From Selaginella moellendorffii (Eukaryota; Plantae; Lycopodiophyta), in contig NW_003314265.1 in the NCBI RefSeq assembly GCF_000143415.4, positions 3,902,443 to 3,966,442 on the forward strand: DNA of 64,000 nucleotides, written 5' to 3'. The notes beneath the pieces are model-generated. The model searched no databases. It was not told the origin of the DNA and saw nothing but the letters and a program-made list of their open reading frames with translations. Both the position numbers and the translations under genes were made by a program. Below, piece by piece: positions 14,252 to 27,805 of the stretch (its first letter is position 1; each line of letters starts with the position of its first letter).

Positions 14252-14653
14252 ACTCGAATCGATGCCAATGAGACCCTTGCCAAGTTATCCGGTGCTGCCG
14301 CGGCGCGCATTCACCATCTCCGTGCGCATCCACTGGCACCAGCGCTCCCACGCCCGCGGTTCTTGAGAGCATTGCTCGATTGGACGCATCATGAGGGCGA
14401 GCAAAACGATCGATCGCTCACTGCGCTGCCCAAGGAAGACTGCCACTCCGGCGCTACTCACAAGCCCGATCGCCCCGGGAGAGATGCCGATCTACGCGCC
14501 CTAGCACTGGAAACCCTAGAAAATGAAAATGCCGGCAAGAAGGTTTCATCTTACCGAATATTCCGCCGTCACAGCACAAACTATATTTCCCCTTTTCTTT
14601 TCCCCCTTTTTAAGGAGCTCTCGTTTTTACTTGCGGGTTTTGTCTAGGGCTCT

Positions 14654-17453
14654 ATGGCCGATGGCTCTTCCAAGCGAGGGATCAACAAGGCGCAAGAACA
14701 GGCGCTCCACCAGCAAGCGCTCCACCAGCAGGCGCTCCATCATCAATCCCTCCAGCATCACGGCCTGATTTCTTCCTCGTCTTCGACTTCCAAGCAGCAG
14801 CAGTACAATCCAGGTGTGAAATCCGAGCCCCCCGAGCAGCACCATCAGGATTTTAGCAAGCAGATTTGCTGCGTGGAAGCCAAGGACGGCGCCGCCGCTG
14901 ACAACAGCGGCGATGAGAAAGTGGAGGAATCGGAGGAAGGGTCGATTGTTCGTGGCAGCAGTGGAGTGTTTGCCGATTTAAATGTGGAGCCTCCCACCAG
15001 CGACGGTGAGGAGGAAGGTGAAGCTCGGTAAGACTTTCGCAAGTAGACTATAGTTCCTCTAATCTAGAACCCGGTAGAAACCTTAGTGGCATAGAACGAA
15101 AACTTTGGAGAAGTTTTACAGCCCATACTGTTACCGTTTGGATAGAACTGTGAAGGACCGTTTTGTTTTCTATGTTTTCAGGCCAGAGGAGAAAAGACGA
15201 AGAAGACGAGTTTTGAAGGAAGACAGTCCAGCGGATGAGGAAGGGAAGAAATCGGGGAAGACTTTCAAGTCTCGATCAAAATCTAAGTGGTCCGAGTCCG
15301 GCGTGGATGGCGACTTGGAGTATCCTGGCAATGTACAGAACGTGAAGGAAGAAAAGATCAAGAGCTTAAAAGCTGTAAGCGTCCGGACGTTTCTTCTGAG
15401 ATTTTGGTTTCTTATCCTCTTGGTTTCCAGGGACTTGTGCACGTATCTCGAAAGCTACCAAAGAATGCACACGCGCATTTCGTCCTGGGACTGATGTACC
15501 AGCGTTCCGACCAACCACTAAAAGTGAGTTCTGCTTTTTTGCTCTTTCGATCGTAAAGGCGAGAAATGTTCATTCTAGGCAATTCCGGCCTTTGAGAGAG
15601 CACAAGAAATTCTAAAGCAAGCCGACGATGACCTTTGCCGCCAAGGTAGAGCTCAGTTGTTGGCCTTGGTACAAAACCATCACGCGCAGGTATGGTATGT
15701 TGTGTGGATTTGCCATCTCCAAGCTCATTGTTTTCGTTTTTTTTCTCTTCAGTGTCTTCTGCAGGGAAAGATCGGCGGGCAAATCTCGCCTGGAAAGGAC
15801 TTCTCCAAAGAAAATATGCGTTTGATTGGCTCAAAAGTGAAGGAAGCCGTTCCTGAGGACTCTGGCCAAGCTTCCATATGGAACACTTTGGGACTCCTTT
15901 TATTGCACACCGGCCGCATTCAAGTGAGAACGTTGGTGTCAATCCGTCAAGTCGTTGTTTGATTTTCTGGTAATCGCAGAGCGCAATCTCTGTTTTTACG
16001 AGCCTGTTGAGTATATTACCGGACTCTCTCGACGCTCTTGCGAACCTTGGAGTTGCATATTTCCAAAGGTACTCGAGCTTTTCTCTTCCTGTGTGATTTT
16101 CGCTTTTTGCTTACAGTGGCGAGCTGGACAATGCAGCCCGATGCTTGCAGTCGGTCTTGGAGAAAGATGTGTACCACCCTGGAGCACTTATTAACTATGG
16201 AGCAATACTTGTGCGACAACACGGTTCCTTTTTGCCTGGTAAGCAATCTACTGCGGTAACGAATAAGCTGTCTGAGGCAAGGGATTGCAGGAGCTGGAGC
16301 TGGAGCTAGTAAAGAAACCGGAGCTTATGCAACACAGCTAAAAGCCGCACACGCAGCTTGTTTATACTTGCAAACCAGCTTGAAAGAAGACCCGAAAGCT
16401 GGCTCGGCTTGGGTCAATCTTGCTGCTGCTTATGAAGTCCTGGGCGATTTTACCAACGCTAGCAAATGTTTGGAACAGGTAAGAAGTACGATGTTTTATT
16501 TCACCAAGCCAAAAACATTGTTTTTTGAGCACAGGCCTCCAGATTGGAGCCCCACAGACTAGCTACTCGTTATGCCGTGGCCGCTCACAGGATAAAAGAC
16601 GCCGAAAGATCAGACGATCCATCGGAACAAATGTCGTGGGCTGCAAACGAGATGGCCTCTATCCTGAGAGAAGGAGACCCAGGAACTTTCCATCCTCATC
16701 TTGCATGGGCTGGACTGGCGATGGTGAACCGGGCACAGCACGAATCCGCGGCGTCTTTCGATCGTGGCGTGATGGACTCGAAAGATGTCGAAGAACGAGC
16801 AGTTCATACGCTCCAGCAGGTAAGCTCTCAGCTAGTTCCTTCCAACTCTCTCCTTTTGTTTCTTCGTGACAAGAGCGATGATATATTCGCAGGCAATCGA
16901 GGAAGATCCAGAGGATGCTTTGAAATGGCATCAGCTCGGCTTGCACACTCTGTGTACCTTGCAGTTCGTCGCAGCGCAAAGCTATCTCAAATCGGCCATC
17001 GCTCGGCGAAGAACTTTCGCAATGGCTTGGTCGAATCTAGGTGCGTTCTCTCGACTTTTCATTGTTTTTCTTTCTTCCTTGACGAGCTTCGTTGTTTACA
17101 CAGGCATAGCTCTCCACTTGTCCGACGATCCCTCCCTCTCCGAGGCCGTGTACAAGCGAGCGCTGAGCCTCATGCCCGAGAACCAGTCCTACGGTCTCCA
17201 CTCCAACCTGGGAAACCTCTACAGGCAGCAGAAGAAATTTGCCGAGGCCCACGAATCCTTCGACAGGGCTCTGCGAATTTGCCCGAACTACGCCCCGGCT
17301 TGCAACAATCTGGGCCTGCTCTACGTCGCCGAGGGGAAGTGGGTGGAAGCGATCGAGATGTTCGATCAAGCATTCCTCTCGGATCCTTACTTGGATGTGG
17401 CGAAGTCCAACAAGATCAAAGCCACCGCCCTATACACTGACAAGCAATTTTGA
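14654..17453 (+). CDS. Plant tetratricopeptide repeat (TPR) protein, multi-exon
   Basis: TPR motifs (AHAHFVLGLMYQR, IWNTLGLLLLHTGR, AWSNLG, HSNLGNLYRQQKKF, ACNNLGLLY) in exons bounded by GT-AG. Confidence 0.9.
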
Positions 17454-17628
17454 AACGGACAGTCTCGTTAGTCAACTCTAGTCAGCTCTAGTCAACGCAT
17501 TATATATTTCACGAGCCCTAACAGTTAAATATAGAGTATAATCCTCCTTTAACTTCAGCCGTTCGATCTGGGGTTCTTGGCATTAGGGTTCTTCCAGCGG
17601 CGGAGCAGGGTTTTGGGAGGAGGAGGAG

Positions 17629-18906
17629 ATGGCGGCTGCGGCTCGACCGACTGTTTCCGTCCAGGTACTGGAAGCTGGCGATCCGACGAAGGCTGGGGTC
17701 ACCGCGGCACTCGCTGAAGTGTTCAAGTCCCCGATCCGGCCAGATGTGGTGCGGCAAGTCCACACTGGCATCGCCAAGAACAAGCGCCAGCCATACGCGG
17801 TGAGCAAGAAGGCAGGGCACCAGACGTCGGCCGAGTCATGGGGCACTGGCCGCGCTGTGTCGCGAATTCCTCGCGTGCCGGGTGGAGGAACTCACCGCGC
17901 CGGTCAGGGAGCTTTCGGCAACATGTGTCGCGGCGGGCGGATGTTTGCGCCCACCAAGACGTACCGCCGCTGGCACCGCAAGCTCAACATCAATCTCAAG
18001 CGCTACGCGGTGGTGTCGGCTCTGGCGGCGTCGGCGATCCCGTCGCTGCTCCTCGCGCGCGGCCACCGCATCGAGAAGGTGCCCGAGGTGCCGCTGGTGG
18101 TGAGCGACGCCCTCGAGTCGATCGAGAAGACCTCGGTGGCGGTGAAGGCTCTCAAGACGCTGGGCGCGTACGAGGACGTGGAGAAGGTGAAGAAGAGCCG
18201 GAACATCCGCTGCGGTAAGGGAAAGATGCGCAACCGGAGGTATGTTTCTCGCCGGGGTCCCTTGATCATCTACGGGACCGAGGGGGCCAAGCTCGTCAAG
18301 GCCTTCACCAACATCCCAGGTATCGAGGTTTGCAACGTGAATCGTCTTAATCTTTTGCAGCTCGCCCCCGGCGGCCACCTCGGTCGGTTCATCATCTGGA
18401 CCAAGTGTGCCTTTGAGAAACTGGACGAGATCTTCGGCAGCTTTGACACCCCGGCTGCGCTCAAGAAGAACTACCTGCTGCCGCGTCCCATCATGTCCAA
18501 CTCGGACCTGTCGCGGATCATCAACTCGGACGAGATCCAGAGCGTGGTGAGGCCCAAGATCACCGACGTGAAGAGGGCGCCGCTCAAGAGGAACCCGCTC
18601 AAGAACTTCAACGCGATGGTGAAGCTCAACCCGTACGCCAGCACCGCCCGGAAGATGATGGAGGAGCGGCGGAAGAACGCCAAGGAGGAGAAGCTCGCAG
18701 CCAAGCGCGCCCAGGTAAACAAAAAAGAAATTTTTTTCTCTCTTTTCCGGTCTGACTTAACTCTTTTGCGATCGATGTTTCTGCAGAACCCCGAAGAGAA
18801 GGCCGCGATCAGCAAGGCTGGAAATTTGTGGTACAAGACGATGATCTCGGACAGTGATTACTTGGACTTTGAGAACTTCTCCAAGTGGCTGGGAGTGTCA
18901 CAGTAG
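17629..18906 (+). CDS. RPL4: 60S ribosomal protein L4 (uL4); in-frame 72-nt intron at 18715-18786
   Basis: Signatures [22 protein letters not shown] and [17 protein letters not shown]. Confidence 0.98.
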   Translation: MAAAARPTVSVQVLEAGDPTKAGVTAALAEVFKSPIRPDVVRQVHTGIAKNKRQPYAVSKKAGHQTSAESWGTGRAVSRIPRVPGGGTHRAGQGAFGNMCRGGRMFAPTKTYRRWHRKLNINLKRYAVVSALAASAIPSLLLARGHRIEKVPEVPLVVSDALESIEKTSVAVKALKTLGAYEDVEKVKKSRNIRCGKGKMRNRRYVSRRGPLIIYGTEGAKLVKAFTNIPGIEVCNVNRLNLLQLAPGGHLGRFIIWTKCAFEKLDEIFGSFDTPAALKKNYLLPRPIMSNSDLSRIINSDEIQSVVRPKITDVKRAPLKRNPLKNFNAMVKLNPYASTARKMMEERRKNAKEEKLAAKRAQVNKKEIFFSLFRSDLTLLRSMFLQNPEEKAAISKAGNLWYKTMISDSDYLDFENFSKWLGVSQ

Positions 18907-19719
18907 AGAGAGCTCACCACGCAACTGATAAAAAAGATCTCGACAACTAGTTTCTAGCGAGTGATGTTTTCCTTTCTTCAAAGTTTTGGACTTGATATGT
19001 ACTCGAAGCATTCATCTAAACGTTCCATTCCAGCTCTTCTTATTTTTTTAGTTTCTTGTGTGTTCTTGAGGCGTACGAAAAGATGCCCGTTACGAGGGAT
19101 CGTATGATGGGATATGCCCCCGTATATGATATTCCAAGAACAAGGGAGGGAAGAAAAGCATGAGGCTTGGAAGAAAGCATCTGTGTTAGCTGGCAAACGT
19201 TTAGATTCTTGCTTGGTTGCTCATATTTTAGAAGCTTTGGCGACGCGATTGATCGAGAGCGCTGCTCGTTCTTCGTTTTGTTCTTGATTGATCTTCTCTT
19301 TGTTCTCCGCGCTTCGCGATTTGAGAGAGGGGGGAGAGAGATTGGAGGACGATTCAAGAGAAAAAGCAGAGGAAAGCGAGCGCTGCGCTTTTTGCTTTGG
19401 TCTTATTTTGTTTGTTTTTCAGTTGGGATCTGGCAGTGATTTGTGGTCCTTTCTCGCAGGAGCGCAGTGGTTGCTGCATTGCATTGATCATCTCCTGTGC
19501 TCTTTGCGCTGCGCTTTCTTTCTTTGCCTTTAATTTTTCTTTCTTGCTTCTTCCTTTCCTCGTTTCCCTGGCAACAACAACGCTCTGCTGCAAGAGCGTT
19601 CCTCTGCTCTCGCTGGTGTTGTTGGATCCATTGATGTGATACATTCGCTCCTCCCTCCTCTTAAAATCGAAAGAGGAGATAGAAACTGAGAGAAGGAAGA
19701 CGAGGAAGGTCTCAGATCG

Positions 19720-21642
19720 ATGAAGGATTTCTGCAAGAGGCTCGCGCTCGTCCTGCTGTTCGTGTTCGTGAGATCCTCGGCGGCGCTCAATCTTTCCAGC
19801 ATTGCCAATCCAGCGGCGGCGGCGGCGGTGGCAGCGGAGCATCATCACCAAAAATCCATCAGGTGTGTCCACATTGCCTCCTTCCTCTTCCCTGCTCTGT
19901 TTCTCACGGTTGATGCCACGCTCGAAAAATCATCCACAATTCAGCAACGATTCCAAGCCATTCTCTCAAACGCTTCCAAAAATCCACGACCCATGTCGCC
20001 CAAATCATCGCCCAGCTCTGAATTTCCCGGATTTCCGACTCCCCTGTTCTTCCTTTCCTTCATTCATGGCCGGTGCTCAAGCCACCGATCAACCAACCTT
20101 GCCTTGATTGATCCCGCCCTACTGCATTCATTCCATCCAACTCACTCGATCTCTTCAGCAGGAGTAATGACGACGATGACGCCGATCAAAGAAGAAGAAG
20201 AACCCTAATCCAAGACCAAGAACAAGAATGGGGGCGGCAAGAAGACGACCAACAGCAGCGCGATCGGAGCTGCCGATCCACCGGGAACCCCATCGACGAC
20301 TGCTGGCGCTGCGATCCCCACTGGCACTCCCACCGCAAGCGCCTGGCCGATTGCGCCATCGGCTTCGGCAAGAACACCATCGGCGGCCGCGACGGCGATT
20401 TCTACACGGTCACCGATTCCTCGGACGATCCTGTGAATCCGAGGCCCGGATCGCTGCGCTACGGCGCCATCCAGGACCGCCCACTGTGGATCATCTTCGC
20501 GCGCGACATGACCATCGTCCTCTCCCAAGAGCTCATCGTCAACAGCCACAAGACGATCGACGGCCGGGGGCACGCGGTACGGATTGCGTACGGCGGGTGC
20601 CTGACCGTGCAGTACGTCCGCAACGTCATCGTGCACGGAATCGGCATCCACAGCTGCCGCCGTACGGGGCCGGCCATGGTACGGAGCTCGCCCGGCCACG
20701 TCGGCTGGCGGACGGTGTCGGACGGCGACGGAATATCCATCTTCGGCTCCCGGGACGTGTGGATCGACCACTGCTTCCTGGCCGACTGCGCGGACGGCCT
20801 CATCGACGCGATCATGGGATCCACGGGGATCACGATCTCAAACAATTACTTTCGCGACCACAACAAGGTAAGCTTCCCATGGATTTTGGTGCTTGGATGC
20901 GTTTTGCTTGCGTTCTTCTGGTTTTCTGGCTTGTTGGATTGCTTGCTGGATTGCTTCGCCTGAAATTTCTGCCCAATTCCTGCAAGTAATCGAACGCAAG
21001 CTTACGAGATTCCTTGTGGCTCACTCCAGGTGATGTTGCTCGGCCACAGCGATAGCTACACCCTCGACAAGATGATGCAAGTCACCATCGCTTTCAATCA
21101 CTTCGGGGAGGGGCTTGTGCAGCGAATGCCCAGGTTCGTGATTCGTTTTTTCTTCAATTTCTCTCTTGTGTTCTTGATCGCGTGAGACATCCCAACAGGT
21201 GCCGGTATGGATACTTCCACATTGTCAACAATCACTACACGCACTGGAGAATGTACGCGATCGGCGGCAGCGCAAACCCCACGATCAATAGCCAGGGCAA
21301 CAGATTCGTGGCGCCAGCCGACGTTAACTCCAAGCAGGTACATCACCCAAAACAGAAACTTGCTTGCACTCCAGCACGATTGACAATGCTAACATTTAGG
21401 GTTCTTCCTCTCGTTGTCAGGTGACCAAGCGAGAGTTTGCGGGCGAGCGGAGCTGGATGAAGTGGAACTGGCGATCCGAGGGTGACAGTTACATCAACGG
21501 CGCGTATTTCAGGCCCTCGGGCGCGGGAAGCGCCGCGGTATATGCCAAGGCATCGAGTCTCCCCGCGAGGCCTGCGGCGTTGGTGCCGGCCATGACGGCC
21601 TTCGCGGGGCCCCTGAATTGCCGCCACCATGTATCTTGTTAA
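19720..21642 (+). CDS. Pectate lyase (PL1), 5 exons, signal peptide
   Basis: [71 protein letters not shown]. Confidence 0.96.
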
Positions 21643-21687
21643 CAGAAAAAAATTCAAATTTGAAAGAATATTCATAAGCTGATTCTT

Positions 21688-23685
21688 TTAGGGCTGGCTC
21701 ATATACTCCTGGAGCCAATTCCCAATTTGCAAGCGAATGAACGCGCGAGCTTTGTCTAGCATGTCGCATTCTTGAGGATCTGGTAGAAAAGTTATGGAGT
21801 TGGGGGAGAAAACGAAAAGAAGCTTACTTGTTATCACACACCCTGTCTTGAAATCCTGGACGTGGGAACAAGAGTGGCAGTCCAGCATAAACGATGGCTC
21901 TGCGAAATAGAAACAGTAACAATTGATCAAACGCTTCTGGCAAGAATATGTGTGTACCAGAAGAAGAAGACGTGATGTTTTGGATCGAAGCATGCCGCCA
22001 TGGGTCCTCCAATCCATTTAGAAACATGATCTTGGAGCCTACAAGAACAAACCATGAGAAAAGAAACACTCAAAAACATGGAAGTACCGGCAATCTTTGC
22101 TCCCCCAAACAACAGGTTTGTCGTTGCAACGTCCGGTTGGATTCCCTGACCAAACATTTGCGAGCACTGATCCAAGTAGTACCTGAGACATCGAGAGTTA
22201 TATTGTTCTTCGAAGGAATTGCTACGTTTGGTTGCTCTTACTGTGTGTTGATTTGGAGAGAAAACAAGCCATCTGGTCCGCTAGAGACTCGAAAGAGTCC
22301 CATTTCCGTGCAAACTTGATACTTCCAGGCCCATTGATCTCTTGCACTACTTTGGTTAGCTTGCACTGAAAGTCTCAGTAGTTCCACGTCGAAGAAGTCC
22401 ACAGGGCCGGTTGGGAAGGATGAAAATACGTCCTGTTTGAAACAGTTGGGTGATTGTACGTGGAAGACGAATTTAGTTACCAGAAGCTTTGTAGCATTGT
22501 TAGTAGCACTTGCGTTGAGTACTGAAGTACACAACTGATTAAACCGTCCGCTTTGGGCCTGGATTGTAGCAAAACGGAACAGATCAGAGAAAAGAACAAA
22601 AACATGGCGTTGGAGTTGTTTTCTTACTGCAACAGCTATTATCTCAGCCACATAAGCCAGAAAATCGACGTCTTGCAGCTGCAAAAGCAACACTACTTTC
22701 TTGAGTGACAGAAAAAACACTAAAAAACTTACCTTTACAGCGTTTGGATCAAAGAAAGATTTGATCGCGGTTCCGTTTTCTAGCAAAGCCTTCTCAACAA
22801 TGCTTGTGACATTCTGCAGCACTCGCTTGCATTCTGGGCCAGCAGTGATTCCCATCTGTCTGCGAGTCAGGGAGAAAAAACTTAATTAAGTTTTCATCAC
22901 CTGCCTGTCGTAAGCACTGTAGCTTAAGATCGGATGCACCACAGCAGAGCTGGCCCAGCTTCCAATCACCAAGTGCGGAAATTTCAGTCTGAACCAAGCA
23001 CTCAAAGCACCCGCATAGGAACCTCCGATCACGAGCCACGGGTTGTCTCCGTCCTTCTGGAACTTGGCATTGATTACCTTCTGAAGAATTGAAAGAAAAG
23101 AATCTTACGAGAGTTGAGAGCGTGACAAAAGAAGTTTCACCTGATAGAAAGCGATAAACTCCGCGTGATCCAGCAAAGATTGCTGGATCGTGAGATACTT
23201 GAGGTTGTCAACTGTGAGGTTGTGAAATGGTGAGCTTTCACCGTAGAATCTGTGCTCCAAGGTCACGACAGCGGCTCCAAACTCCTTCGCAACATCCTGA
23301 AGAAAAGTTTAAGACAGCGAGAAGAAGAAAAATGTTGTTGTCCAGCGTACCCCTACAGATGTGAGTTGAGCGTATCCTCCCGGGCATGAGGTCTCTCCAC
23401 ACATAACCAGGAACATCGGCCCTCGTTGAGGCTCAAAGTAGTCCAATAGCTCGAAGTATTTCTGAGGAAACGTCCTTGTATCCTAAAGAATAAACAATCC
23501 AAAGATAGTACGAGATTTGTTTCTCAAACCTCGGGTGTGAAGTGATCCAGTTTTTGTTGCTGGAAGTAAGCTCTTCGTTCTTCCAGTGGAACGTTCCATG
23601 CCGAGCTAGAGGAAGCACGCAAACCTGGGCTGAATGCAAGCGATGGTGTTGCAGCCACAAAGAAGACCAAAACAAGAGAAAGCAT
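21688..23685 (-). CDS. Serine carboxypeptidase family S28 (prolyl carboxypeptidase-like), multi-exon, secreted
   Basis: Signal peptide MLSLVLVFFVAA; QKLDHF, LEHRFYGES, GGSYAG (catalytic Ser), WKYQVCTEMG, NGLEDPW (Asp), CSHVQD (His). Confidence 0.93.
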
Positions 23686-24623
23686 CAGAGTCTCTTTGAG
23701 CATCGTAGAAATGTGGCCTTCTTGAGCTGATCAAGAAAGGGTACAACGCGACCTTTGGAAGGATCGCCAGCATCCTCCAAAATATTGGCAGCGTTGGAGA
23801 CTCCACTAGCAGGCGATTGACCATAAATGATAAACCCTAATGGATACTGCCACCAACATTTTAATGAAATAGTTGGCGCATGACTTCCTCCTAAGACACA
23901 GATATCCCTTTATACTGTTTTCCACCAAGTGTTCCCATCTTGATAGAAGAGCAGCCATAGTCACTTTGGATTGATCCCCCTTGAGCTCCTCTCACAGTAG
24001 ATATATATTTGGTGAATGGCTCAAGTTTCACTCACTCAAATTTTTATTCTCAGCTTTTGTCAAAGGCATACCATGTCCACCGCTCTGTTATCACTGTGCC
24101 ACCATTGAGTGAATTAACAACCCCAAAGATTGCCTCCCTTGCTTAAAGGCACTGAAGTTTCTAATTCTTCATGCTAAGTGTTCACTCGCTCATTCAAGTT
24201 CCTATCAATGTCCTTAATAATATACATGTTTTTGGGGTTTTTTAGTGCCCATCTATAAGACGAACTTAGAACAAGAGGGATCATCTCTACCTACACTCTC
24301 TTGTGCTTGAGCCACCTAAATCTCTTTTATTCTATGCAGGTAGATAGCCAAGTGGTGCAAAACAGCCTAGTTTTCCAGTAGAGTAGGGAGATCCCCCTTG
24401 GCCCAAAGGATCCCAGGGAAACGTCTCTTGATTTGAGGTATAGTTATGTCATCATGTTTGTCGTGGTAACATTATAACACAGTAAACTAGGGATAAACTT
24501 ATACAAAGTATATGGACAATAATTCTTCATATTTTCCACTTTGTCCACATGGAATTTTTATGTCATTTGCAAAGATCCACTCAATTTCCTTATTCTTAAT
24601 TTGTTAGTCCATGTATGGGGAGC

Positions 24624-24627
<4 letters not shown>

Positions 24628-24677
<50 letters not shown>
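24628..24677. repeat. (CT)n microsatellite
   Basis: About 25 CT units, directly visible. Confidence 0.97.
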
Positions 24678-24681
<4 letters not shown>

Positions 24682-25499
24682 ATATATGACCATATATAAC
24701 GCACATTCACTTTCAATAAAACTTAAAATAATAATTTGAAATATAATTAATTGTATTTTATTTTTAAATATTTTTTAAAAAATGCTAAATATGGAACTAA
24801 AAAATAAAGTAATAGTAATAATATTTTAAATAAACATTATCTAGACCTTCAATTAAACTATTATAAAAACTTTAAAATATTATCTATATAATTAAAAATT
24901 CCTTGATTCTTTTAAATATTATTTAAAATATTACTAATTGCATTTAATATTTATTTGTAACTAGTATCTAAATATGATCTATTATTGCAAATCCTTATGT
25001 TTAAAATGTACCTAGAATATTTATGTTTTCTAAGCTAAATGTTGATATTTTATTACTCTTAAAAGTTTATAATAATTTTTTACTTATCACTAATACAAAC
25101 TGTGTTTAAGGAAAATAACCTGATCAATGCTTTCCAATTAGAACCTAAGCATGATAATAACATTAAATAGATCCTTTGGTTTAGTCTCCATTTGAACATG
25201 AGTAAAGAATCCTACAATAAGCTACAAAGCTTCCATATTTCTTAGAAATTTAGCATACCTGTTACATTTCTAAAGTAAAGAATAAAATTCTTACATTTTG
25301 ACTGTAATTTTTAAAACTTCCAGGTATAGAGGTGTATGGAAGACACATCTATACTCATCACTAAGTACAAAAGAGCTCAATACTATCCTCTTTAGTAGTA
25401 GCTTCTACAATCTTTTTGGTAGCAAGTATATTCCTTTAAAACTCTACCACCACAACTTCAAGACTGTCATGAGTGATATAATTGGCCACTTGGGATCAA

Positions 25500-27140
25500 T
25501 AATATCCACCTCCTTTGAAGTTGATAAATTAAACTCAATTGACGGCAATATTAACAACATGTGTTGCAACTTCTATTACTCTTGCTACCAATTCTTATGC
25601 CCAATTGGATTTCCTTCATAGGAATCTTAGGGATGATATGTACAATTGGTTCAATCATTTAATAGTGATTGCCACTTATCATTCTTGGGATAATGTTCAG
25701 TGTTTTATATGAGTTTTCAACATGTCTCCAAGGAACATTGTTGCACTCGTGTAAATTAGAGCCTTTTTTTGGACGTCTTTAAGCACACATTTGGATATGT
25801 TGAAGATTGTGGCAATACTTTTAGTAATTGCATTATCTTCATTAGAAACCGTTTGGGTTAATTATTCAATTTGATGTTTGCTTCTAGAATCTCTTATTTC
25901 ATACGAAGCCAAATATGTTAAAGCCATAACACTCTCATTCTAGGGGGGCACTTGGGATATTGTCATGTGTCTAAGAAAATGTAAATCTTTTTATTAACTA
26001 AAGATGCAATGTGATGTATTTGGTATATGTATAGCTACATTTAATGTCAAGCTAGTAATATTCCCCTCATGTTGTAAAGCAAGGTTAGCGTTAATTAGAG
26101 TTTCCCATTTATTTAAACTAATGGCATTTGATTTAATGGGGGCTTTTTCATGGTTGATTGCTAGTAATAAGTACATCATTATTACTTTCGATTACTTGAT
26201 TTGTTATGTGTAAATCAGTGTTTTTGCTAGTGCATTTGTAATTGTTGTTAGCTACTTCCTCCTCAATTGAGTGGTAATACAATATTCTTGTCTAGAACAT
26301 ATTCTCTCAAATAATAGTTTCAGTTAAAGTATTTAATGTCTTAATATCTCAGTTGGGAATGCACCACACTTTCATAAATGATTATCATTTATAGATAAAA
26401 GTTTTGGTGGAAGGGCTTATTCAAACCTTCGAAGAAATTATCAGAAAGTATATGAACATTTAACATTCAAATTAGTATGGTTATTTACCATCTTTTTGAT
26501 ATGCATATGTTACAGGGGTATAGAGTTTTATTGGTGTTTCATCATATATACTTTTATATGATCATAATTCAATGTTGATATCAATATTTGATAAGCATTC
26601 TTTCACTAATTTAAGTAGAGTCTATTGAACATTTGGGCCATATACAAGTGAAACAATAGCAACACTATAACTTTTATCATTGTTCAATTATAGAGTACAA
26701 AATGGATGATCTAGAATTAGTTTATTATCCCAATCTTATAGTATATAATTTATCTAAATGGCTCTTTCCTCACTGAAAGGGACTATATCAAGTGTTGTGG
26801 TAAGATAGATAAAAAGTTTATAAAGTTTAGTACAATATTCAACATGCTAATCCTTTGGAAACTATATATGTACAACAAGTAAAGTATTTCATAAAAAGAG
26901 ATCAGAAATAAGTTCTATTGTTTACAAATTTACTAATGCTTTCTTTTGATATTCCTCCAGATCCTGACCCATCAATTAGAAAACTCTACTTTCATCACAC
27001 TAAAAAGAGGGAAGAATGTGAGGTTTAAGTGTACAATTATGATATTATATATTGTAGTGGGATTTTGATAGCTATTAAATTAGTTTCAATCTATATATAT
27101 ATAAGTTAAGGTTTTTAGGCTAATCAAATATACATATTTC
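25500..27140 (+). mobile_element. Fragmented Gypsy remnant (gag piece, integrase piece, LTR start at 27053)
   Basis: 25610-25860 resembles the gag at 4730-4940. FKLMAFDLMG integrase-like segment at ~26110. TGTAGTGGGATTTT LTR start at 27053. Confidence 0.65.
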
Positions 27141-27805
27141 AGCTTTTTTTAAAATAATTTTTCAAAAGCTATATAACATAGCTATATATGAGTAAAAATA
27201 TGGTTTTTTAAAAATTAATAATAGATTAATGGAATGAACAAAGTGCATGACTTTATTAACATTTTTTCCCTCTAATACCATTAATGTAATATGGGAATAA
27301 ATATATTAATTAGGGATTAGACCCTTACTTATATACAAAAATGGATCGATTAGATGAGATGTTATTTATCTATATATAAATATATATTTACAGACCTCAC
27401 AGAAGTATAATTTAATTTTTAAAGTTTTAATAAAAAATTATTTTAAAAAATATATAGAAAAGAAATACATAAAAGGTAAAAGAACATTTTATAGTATTAT
27501 ATTATAATATAACAGCTTTATGATATTAGTCTTTTTCTTATATAAAAAATAGATCCTATACAGCTCCTTTTTTAAACTTTTTTTAGAAAGTGCAAAATCT
27601 TGTAAAGAAAATCCAAAACTTAAAATACATGTGAACTTTCAAAAGTATCTACAACTCATAAGTGAGAAATTGTAAAGTATGTGAATTTCAACATATAAAA
27701 CAGAACTTATTAAAGAATATCTAAACTATAAAAATACTCTAGTTTATAATTCATAATTGTTTAATTTAACATAAATAATATAAAGCATAGATTTTCTTAA
27801 TCAAT

